Position numbers and translations under genes: made by a program. This document shows, in pieces, positions 58,201 to 64,000 of a stretch of DNA of 64,000 nucleotides. The DNA is from Thermoanaerobaculia bacterium (GTDB lineage: Bacteria > Acidobacteriota > Thermoanaerobaculia > Multivoradales > JAIOJS01): the NCBI GenBank assembly GCA_036005845.1, contig DASYQD010000039.1, positions 19,732-83,731 of the forward strand, read 5' to 3'. Each line of letters begins with the position of its first letter. Position 1 is the first letter of the stretch. The notes under the pieces are model-generated. The model saw nothing but the letters and a program-made list of their open reading frames with translations, did not search any database and was not told the origin of the DNA.

Positions 58201-60753
58201 GTCGATCGCTTCTCGTTGCCCGGAACGGTCCGCGCCGCAGTGCCGATCCGCGCCGACGACGACAGCAAAGGACCGGATTTCCTAGTCGCGTCCGGTGACG
58301 GCGTGCTCAGGCGTCTCTGCCTGGCCCTGCCACGCGGCAGTCAGCGACGGCGGGACGCGGGCGTGGACACCCACCTGCTGTTGAGCCGCGCGCGGCATGA
58401 CCTAGGGCTGCTGTTCGGCGACGATCACACTGTCGACGGCCTGCGTTTGCTGCGAGTAGGAGGCGAGCAGCTGCGCCGGTTCTCGTTGTGGCGCACCATG
58501 CAGGAAGCGGCGGCCGACTTGCTCGACATCAAGCCTCAGTTCTCCGGGGAACCGCCATACCCGTACGTGCCGCCCGCCGTCGATCAGCTCCTGAACCCGG
58601 TCAGGCGCTATCTCGAGGTGATGGCCGGCCTCGCCGAGGATTGCTTCCGTCTCCGCCCCTTCCGCCGCGAGCCCGCCAAGATTCTCTGGGAGGAGGGCGC
58701 CAGGGTGGCGCGCACGATGGCTGCGGCGGCGCTCGAGCACCCGGATCGCGACGACCTTTTGCAGGCGGCGTTGACGCTCCACGCCGAAGTCGACGACCTC
58801 TGTAACCGCTGGATGGGCTCGGCCCACGGCGACGAGGCCGCGGTGCTCGCGCACTCGTTCGCCCATCTCCTCGATTGGGCGGACCTCGCGTTGCTGGGCC
58901 GGTCGACACCGGAGGGGTCGATGCAGGGCGACTACCGGCAGATGACACTGACCAAGCTGATCGCCCGGCGACTCACCTACGACAGCCCGATGGTTCCGTT
59001 GGAGGCGTTGCGCGTCATCAACGACTCCAGCTGGCGAGTCTTGGTCGCAATTGCCGAGGCGCGGGTCAACTCACAGCTGCCGGAGAGTCACTGGACTCGC
59101 AGCTTCGGACGGCGTAGCGAGGCGGCCCGCGCCGGCCTCTACGAGCTCTCGATCCTGGTCGGCGAGCTGGGCAAGAAAGCAATGCCGACCGCGCGCAGCG
59201 GCGATCCGCTGATCAGCGAGGTGGTGCGGAACTTCGCGCTGTCGCTGCTACTCACCCCCAACCGCAGCGGCGTCATCTATCAGGTGTTCAGCGAGAGCGG
59301 CCTCTTTGGGGCGCCGTACACGCTGCGCGCCGAGGTGCGACGTCTCGCCGAGAGATATCGGGTCTGGCTTGAGGGGTTGGTACCCGGGGGCGCAACCAAC
59401 GAGATGGCGCGGGCGATCGAGCTCTTCGACTTGGCGTCCGAGACCTCCGAGGGGTTGGTGGAACGCAGTTGGGACAAACTCGAAGAGAAAACCCGCGAGC
59501 TCGGCGAGGAGCCCGACGACGTTTTCTCGGACGCCACTTTCTACGCCGAGCTGAATGCGGTAATCGGCCGAGCCCGAGGTCTGCAGCGGATCCTGCCGTC
59601 AGGGAGCGAGGAAACCAACGAGCCTGCGACGGCTACGCCAGTCGCGGCGCGTTCGCTGCGGTACTTCCCGCACTCCGCTGTCTACCTCGCCAGCATCGCC
59701 GCCACTCGCGACCTCATCCGCGCTGCGCTGGGGGACCCCAAGACCACGCCGCCCGGCGACCAGCTGCGGACATGGCGCGAAAAGTACGAGGAGCTGGTCG
59801 CGAAGCTCGCCAAGGCTGACCTTTTCGAGCCGCAGCGGAGCCAGTACGCGCTGATCCTCCGGTCTTGGAAGTCGGAGATCGAAAGCCGCGGTTGGGCCGG
59901 CTTGGATCTGCTGGTGACGCTCGATCGGATGAACCGGCACGTTTTCCGACGCGACGCCGACCGCCTGCTCGAGGCGGTCATCGAGCTGTCATGCCGCGCC
60001 GCACCCCCGTTTCCAACGTTGCTTCTCGAGAATGACCACGGCGCCCCCGCAAAACTCTCCATCCGCGAGCACCTCCTGAGGGAGCTGGAGAACCGCCCGT
60101 TGCTTCGTGCCCTCTACGAGCAAACCCAAGTAATCGTCGAAACCAACAGCCTCACTAGCGCTTTGCTGGTGGCTGGGGTGACCAGAATCCGGGGAGGGAG
60201 TCTGGGAACGGTCACCCGGGAGCAGCTCTTCGAGGCCTTCAGTGACTCCTGCTCGCCGCACGGCATCAAGGTGGATCCGGACCCAGCTGCCTTGGAGGAG
60301 TGCCCAACGATCCCGGGCAACCGTTTACTCTGGAAGGCGGTCTTCAGCGAGCTGGCGCTCAACTTGCGCAATTACGGAACTCAGGAGAGGGGTCCCGGAC
60401 GACATGCCTCGATCACCTTCGCCGTCAGTGAACGAGGGCTATCGCTGGTGATAGCGGGAAACAATCCATTGGTCTACTCCCTTCCAAACTGGTCAGTGTT
60501 GGTCGAGATGCCCGACGATGAGCTACGCGAGTTGCTGTCCAAGAAGGTGGCTTCCGCCTTCAAGACCGGCCGCCGGCTGGGCATCGCGAGCGAGTCATCG
60601 ACCGGTATGGGAATCTTCATCCTGCAGCGTATAGCAACGCTCATGGGTGCCGATCTTTCCTGCCGGGTCGCTGCCGGAAGGGCTGCCGGGGCCTCGTGGG
60701 AAACGGTCATGGATTGGACACCGGCAGCCCTTCGCAAGGAGGGGCACCCGTGA
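55255..60753 (+). CDS. Giant (1832-aa) protein: N-terminal WD40-like beta-propeller, long helical middle, C-terminal histidine-kinase-like GHKL ATPase domain
   Basis: GTG start preceded by AAGGAG RBS. N-terminal repeats (VGTKSGKVHVAT, GRLYACTRSGRAWLLD, DYLWVLGEGGALHLFGF). C-terminal candidate H-box SIREHLLRELEN, then about 95 aa later N-box-like ALNLRNY, G1-like VSERGLSLVIAGNN, G2-like ESSTGMGIFILQRIA. Lower GC than the flanks. Confidence 0.85.
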   Translation: MDDAQSRQNHQFAWLLHCYHRHCLVDTPAPAGTETLFPESHPWLVDATGAEIQLDYEPRSLAINREADRVAVGTKSGKVHVATRRGSNWSTAVVSLKDIDSRTTSAVRGLAFGATGRLYACTRSGRAWLLDDERDPQPIKLPDDDAEEFRGWVGRCQRLLPLTPPNASAEAGHEDDFLLLTRGNRTCRLRDEALRVIDVSPHEGAATLFPGWSGERITAGAWTGDYLWVLGEGGALHLFGFASHEFEPVAQYSLHYPRGRGLFGDISPTPVGLGVLVADDVTFLPFESSRERTSGPRLRLDETGRRRGPEVSPRTWRHVQDAMDVATWLPFYGSQDELDNAKDVTLFVAQAHRGLSAMTWPIDDDKRQVELSSVPLDEHREAPSALFVAVRTTPGSDHRPAGIGPAVLAVSTRDHRLILRSLLDRTTLESTLKSHWDGQRPDEPQNASEAWWLASQELKERGHQALDVAGTCLPHLEAGDVRRLAVTLMAKPLQGTPETEAKGFKGWIRGLLRRAGELGTQALDDTCAEIAEGLSRQAPDGQDWLKHYEGLFRKWVIYGYTYGEKELGLRDLCQANVDGGRGLDALTYLTKCIRKRADPVWRVEVADPTLRSAAWDLHAAKDGGLVLASFTDGTIAALGLDGTRYAFAADRPADLGVEIDRAGRILSVGSREFRRKYHHGPYARRLYVEQLDGRRYLAVFALRGWRREDLKLKLPGARNAQLVALELELDKKNRQVFIRGGQSHRLDDEGYAIAERYRGPAGHPTYLLIGTAAEGAAETGQYSPFLEVELSTHGGVRVAPPKQLKLAVPAGERTRLKEAQIHPMLLRDPCWSLVADPRSGAGEHWAGFQSGRITKFAVKDGRVTEAEGAELLGDGAVWALAATADPTVSRVAAAAGARSSAFLAYGTARGAIGVVHATNEGSETQVAHIYQTRESLPISSIFAYSDFSFGDEHRRFFLATTQEGVAVLLRVHTTPFAPPGSRVDRFSLPGTVRAAVPIRADDDSKGPDFLVASGDGVLRRLCLALPRGSQRRRDAGVDTHLLLSRARHDLGLLFGDDHTVDGLRLLRVGGEQLRRFSLWRTMQEAAADLLDIKPQFSGEPPYPYVPPAVDQLLNPVRRYLEVMAGLAEDCFRLRPFRREPAKILWEEGARVARTMAAAALEHPDRDDLLQAALTLHAEVDDLCNRWMGSAHGDEAAVLAHSFAHLLDWADLALLGRSTPEGSMQGDYRQMTLTKLIARRLTYDSPMVPLEALRVINDSSWRVLVAIAEARVNSQLPESHWTRSFGRRSEAARAGLYELSILVGELGKKAMPTARSGDPLISEVVRNFALSLLLTPNRSGVIYQVFSESGLFGAPYTLRAEVRRLAERYRVWLEGLVPGGATNEMARAIELFDLASETSEGLVERSWDKLEEKTRELGEEPDDVFSDATFYAELNAVIGRARGLQRILPSGSEETNEPATATPVAARSLRYFPHSAVYLASIAATRDLIRAALGDPKTTPPGDQLRTWREKYEELVAKLAKADLFEPQRSQYALILRSWKSEIESRGWAGLDLLVTLDRMNRHVFRRDADRLLEAVIELSCRAAPPFPTLLLENDHGAPAKLSIREHLLRELENRPLLRALYEQTQVIVETNSLTSALLVAGVTRIRGGSLGTVTREQLFEAFSDSCSPHGIKVDPDPAALEECPTIPGNRLLWKAVFSELALNLRNYGTQERGPGRHASITFAVSERGLSLVIAGNNPLVYSLPNWSVLVEMPDDELRELLSKKVASAFKTGRRLGIASESSTGMGIFILQRIATLMGADLSCRVAAGRAAGASWETVMDWTPAALRKEGHP

Positions 60754-62282
60754 GCGATCTCCTGGGTAACAGGGTGCGGCGTGCGGTGCAGCGGTACGGC
60801 CGCGTCGGCCTGCTGGTCGACGACTCGCCGCGCGCAAACCATCGGGTGGCGCGAGAGATGTATGGCGCCGAGAGCCTGCCGGATTGGTGGGTGGTGGCGC
60901 GGTCGCAGCAGTGTGCGGAGGATGCTTTGAAAGCGATGGCGGCGCTGCCACCAGACCCCCGCATCCCCAGCCTGATCCTTATCGATCGCTACTTGCCGTT
61001 GAAGTGTGACGATCAGAACGAGATGCCCTGGGATGATTCACGCCTGGATACGTTGACCGCCGACTCCCGCGCCTCCCACCGCGCCTTCTTCTCCAGCTAT
61101 CCGTTCGCTAACGATGGCGATGGGGCTAGTCGGCTGCACTGGCAACCTCGCGATTCCGAAACCATCGTCAGGTTACGGAGAACGGTCGAAGCGGCCGCAC
61201 AGAACGACCCATCGCAATGGTCGCTGTTACGGTTCGCGCCGGACGAGTGGCGAAAACCCATCGCCAGCTTGATCAAGAAGCTTGCCACCGAGACTACGGG
61301 GCGTACGGAGCGCATGGTGCTCCTCACCGGTGCCGGAGCGTCGGTAGCCGAAAGCGCGTTCTCGCCGGGGATGCCGCTGACCCCTTTCCTGTTGTCGAGC
61401 GCGCTCAGCACCGTGTTCCTCGAGACGAAGAAGATTCGCGAAGGCCAGTTTCCAAGGATTATGGCGGCGCAGTTTCCGGCGGCGCCGGATTGCTGTCGAG
61501 TGCCAGAGCCTGCCGGCGAAGTGCCCCAGGCCGCTCCGCCGGGCGTGACCGAGGGGCCGCTGCAGCGCGCCCTCCGCGAGCTCTTGAAAGCCCACCGCCT
61601 GGGCGATGACTGGTGGCGTCTCACCGATCTGGTTAGCGTCGAAAAGAACCCCGGCTTCGAGGCGGAGGTGAACAACCTGCTCCCCACGCTCAACCGGTCA
61701 ATGCTGCGCTACGACCGGGACTTCCCCAGCGTCCATTGGTACTTTGCTCACCTGCCCTGGGATCGCATCGTCACGACTAACTTCGACACCTACCACGAAC
61801 GCGCCTCGCAGCAGGCGGTAGCGCTCTGGCGACGTCGGCCTCCCACCGGGCTAGAGCCGCGGCAGGGCCTCGGCTACTCCGACAAGGGGTTGGGGGATCG
61901 GGAATTGGCTACCGTGCCATTGCTACGAAAGCCGTACGGCTCCCTTGCACACCCCGAGATCCTGGCGTGGACCGACACCGAGCTTGCGGATTCGGAGGAG
62001 AGGTTCGGAAAAGCCTTCGAGAAGCTCGACTCCATCTGGCTGGTGGTCGTCGGCCACTCCGTCCGCGACGTTTGGATCGCCGACTGGATCCGGGCCAACG
62101 CCAACAGTGGCCGGATCGTCAAGATCTTCTGGGTCGACAAGCAAGCGAAGCGTGAATCATCGAGGGCGGGAAACAGCTGGGACGCTCTACTCAAGGCCGG
62201 CCGTGTGGAATGCCTCGAGGGGCGTGCCGTGGAGTTCGCCCACGACTTATTCATGCAGTATTGGCAGGCGCGGGTGCCGTGA
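60750..62282 (+). CDS. Receiver (REC)-like domain fused to a SIR2-family (SIR2_2/DHS-like NAD-binding) domain
   Basis: GTG start overlaps the giant gene's TGA (CCGTGAGC). N-terminal RVGLLVDDSP ... IPSLILIDRYLP (receiver beta1 DD and beta3 Asp). C-terminal RMVLLTGAGASV (Rossmann GAGxS), DRIVTTNFDTYHERA (TTNYD-type motif), IWLVVVGHSVRDVWI (catalytic His region). An in-frame upstream ATG at 60696 is an alternative start. Confidence 0.8.
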   Translation: MSDLLGNRVRRAVQRYGRVGLLVDDSPRANHRVAREMYGAESLPDWWVVARSQQCAEDALKAMAALPPDPRIPSLILIDRYLPLKCDDQNEMPWDDSRLDTLTADSRASHRAFFSSYPFANDGDGASRLHWQPRDSETIVRLRRTVEAAAQNDPSQWSLLRFAPDEWRKPIASLIKKLATETTGRTERMVLLTGAGASVAESAFSPGMPLTPFLLSSALSTVFLETKKIREGQFPRIMAAQFPAAPDCCRVPEPAGEVPQAAPPGVTEGPLQRALRELLKAHRLGDDWWRLTDLVSVEKNPGFEAEVNNLLPTLNRSMLRYDRDFPSVHWYFAHLPWDRIVTTNFDTYHERASQQAVALWRRRPPTGLEPRQGLGYSDKGLGDRELATVPLLRKPYGSLAHPEILAWTDTELADSEERFGKAFEKLDSIWLVVVGHSVRDVWIADWIRANANSGRIVKIFWVDKQAKRESSRAGNSWDALLKAGRVECLEGRAVEFAHDLFMQYWQARVP

Positions 62283-62368
62283 AGTCGAGGGGCGACGTGA
62301 AACACTGAGCGCTCACCGGGCTTGGGCGGTTGGACGCTAGAATTCCGGCGAGGGCGCGGCCCTTCCCC

Positions 62369-63193
62369 ATGAACGACTTCGCCGTCTTCGCGCCGTATCT
62401 CCTGCTGCTCGGCTACGCGGCGGCGACCGCCGCTTACGGCGTCCTCTTCTTCACCGGCAACAAGGGCGCGCAGCGGGTCGCCAGCCCGTTGCTGCAGGCG
62501 GCGGTCGTGCTCCACCTCGCCTACCTGGGGTGGCTGACGTGGCGCTGGACGCAGTTCCCCGGCGCCACCGTGTCGCAGGCGCTCAGCGTCCTCGCTTTCG
62601 CCATCGCCATCATCTACCTCTTCCTCGAGTGGCTCGGCGGCGAGCGGGCCACGGGCTTCTGGCTGGTCGGCGAGGCGCTCGTCTTCCAGCTCCTCGCCGT
62701 CGTCCTCCACGAGCCGCTGCCGCCCAAGCGGGAGCTGTTCGAGCATCCGCTGTTCGGCATCCACGTCTTCCTCGCGTTGCTCGGCTACGCGGCCTTCGCG
62801 GTGGCGGCGAGCTACGGCTTTCTCTTCCTGCGGCTCTATCGCGAGCTCAAGCGCTCTCGCTTCTCGGTCTTCTACGGCAAGCTGCCGCCGCTCGAGGTTC
62901 TGGAGCGGATGATGAGCGGCGCGCTGATGGTCGGGTTCGTGGCGCTCACGCTGGCGCTGCTCGACGGGGCGGTGTGGGCGAGCCAGCGCAGCGACCTCGA
63001 CTGGCAGCACGATCCGACGATCCTTCTCACCTTCGCCACCTGGGCCCTCTACGCCGTCGCGCTGCTGCTGCGCCGGCTGCGCCGGTGGCAGGGGCGGCAG
63101 ACGGCGATGGCGAGCCTCGCCGGGCTCGGCGTCATCGTGGCGTCGTTCGTGGCCGTGCACACGCTGGTGATCGGCTTCCACCGCTCCTTCTGA
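62369..63193 (+). CDS. Cytochrome c assembly protein family membrane protein (CcsA/HemX-like), upstream of hemA
   Basis: 8 TM helices. W-rich segment LGWLTWRWTQFPG. Its stop overlaps the hemA start (ATGA). Confidence 0.7.
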   Translation: MNDFAVFAPYLLLLGYAAATAAYGVLFFTGNKGAQRVASPLLQAAVVLHLAYLGWLTWRWTQFPGATVSQALSVLAFAIAIIYLFLEWLGGERATGFWLVGEALVFQLLAVVLHEPLPPKRELFEHPLFGIHVFLALLGYAAFAVAASYGFLFLRLYRELKRSRFSVFYGKLPPLEVLERMMSGALMVGFVALTLALLDGAVWASQRSDLDWQHDPTILLTFATWALYAVALLLRRLRRWQGRQTAMASLAGLGVIVASFVAVHTLVIGFHRSF

Positions 63194-64000
63194 TGGCGCT
63201 GCCGGACGATCCCGCGGCTTCGCCGGAGCCGGTGCGAGAGGCCGCGGCCGGGCCGACGCTGCTGGCGGTGGGGATCGACCACCGTTCGGCGCCGCTGGAG
63301 CTGCGCGAGCGCGTGGCGCTGTCGCCCGAGCAGGCGGAAGGCCTGCTGCTGCGGTTGATGGCGCGGCCGGAGGTGGCGGAGGCGTACGTGCTCTCGACGT
63401 GCAACCGCACGGAGGTCTACCTGCGGCCGCATCCGGTGACCCCGGGCAGCCGGCAGGAGGGCGCGTTCCGCGCCGCGCTCGAGCTCGCGTTCGCGGCGCG
63501 CGCGCCGGAGATCGAGCGCGACGGCCGCTTCTGGGTGCTGCATGACGGCGAGGCGGCGCGGCACCTGCTGGCGGTGGCGGCGGGGCTCGAGTCGATGGTG
63601 CTGGGCGAGCCCGAGATCCTCGGCCAGGTGCGGCGCGCGGCCGAGCTGGCGGAGACGGTGGGCAGCACGGGCACGGTGGTGAAGCGGCTGCTGCGCTGCG
63701 CGGTGCAGGCAGGCCGCCGCGCGCGCGCCGAGACCGAGATCGGCGAGGGCGCCGTGTCGCTCGGCTACGCGGTGGTCGAGCTGGCGCGCCACATCTTCGT
63801 CGGCGTCGAGGCGCGCTCGTGCCTGGTGCTCGGCGGCGGCGAGACGGCATCGATGGCGGCGCGGGCGCTGGCCGAGAAGGGCGTGCGCGATTTGCGATTC
63901 GCCGTGCGCGGCACGCATCGCCACGCGACGCTGCTCGAAGCGTTCCCCGGCGCCACGGTGACGCCGTTCCAGGATCGCTACGCCACCATCGCCGACTGCG
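63193..64000 (+). CDS. hemA: Glutamyl-tRNA reductase (5' part, truncated by the window end)
   Basis: LLAVGIDHRSAPLELRE. Catalytic Cys context LSTCNRTEVY. GEPEILGQVR. Confidence 0.85.
   Translation, partial: MALPDDPAASPEPVREAAAGPTLLAVGIDHRSAPLELRERVALSPEQAEGLLLRLMARPEVAEAYVLSTCNRTEVYLRPHPVTPGSRQEGAFRAALELAFAARAPEIERDGRFWVLHDGEAARHLLAVAAGLESMVLGEPEILGQVRRAAELAETVGSTGTVVKRLLRCAVQAGRRARAETEIGEGAVSLGYAVVELARHIFVGVEARSCLVLGGGETASMAARALAEKGVRDLRFAVRGTHRHATLLEAFPGATVTPFQDRYATIADC

Noticed and set aside
60696-60749. An upstream in-frame ATG that would extend the REC-SIR2 protein by 18 aa (MGNGHGLDTGSPSQGGAP)
   Set aside because: The extension lies entirely inside the giant gene's 3' end and is low complexity. 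The GTG overlapping the upstream TGA (GTGA) is the more typical coupled start. The choice is not decisive.

Overview
The window is a 64-kb, very high-GC (roughly 70%) bacterial chromosomal segment. Its content suggests a Myxococcota- or Acidobacteriota-like organism: many Ser/Thr kinases, an ECF sigma factor, TPR proteins and a sigma-54 activator. Coding density is high and both strands carry genes. Many 6-frame ORFs are antisense GC-skew artefacts and were discarded. I call about 55 protein genes, two tRNAs (tRNA-Lys-UUU and tRNA-Glu-UUC, both on the minus strand), a dispersed REP-like palindromic repeat family at three loci, two probable gene remnants, and no CRISPR array. Housekeeping genes include tdh-kbl, purA, a ccsA-like gene with hemA, and a TonB-dependent receptor. 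Accessory content includes an N-methyl-compound-type catabolic cluster (Rieske oxygenase, GcvT-family aminomethyltransferase, IclR regulator), two toxin-antitoxin modules (a VapBC pair and a frameshifted RHH/DUF3368 pair beside tRNA-Glu), and a block of secreted proteins. The strongest candidates for a new system are: (1) a lower-GC island at 55.2-62.3 kb encoding an 1832-aa beta-propeller/histidine-kinase-like GHKL ATPase protein translationally coupled to a receiver-SIR2 fusion; (2) an operon of two tandem OphMA/SonM-like borosin alpha-N-methyltransferase paralogs plus an MFS exporter with no obvious precursor gene; (3) a TPR-CHAT lipoprotein, an unknown protein and a trypsin-like protease in one operon; (4) a low-GC single-gene insertion that duplicated the 3' end of a sigma-54 activator gene. 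Coordinates from manual indexing may be off by 1-2 nt.
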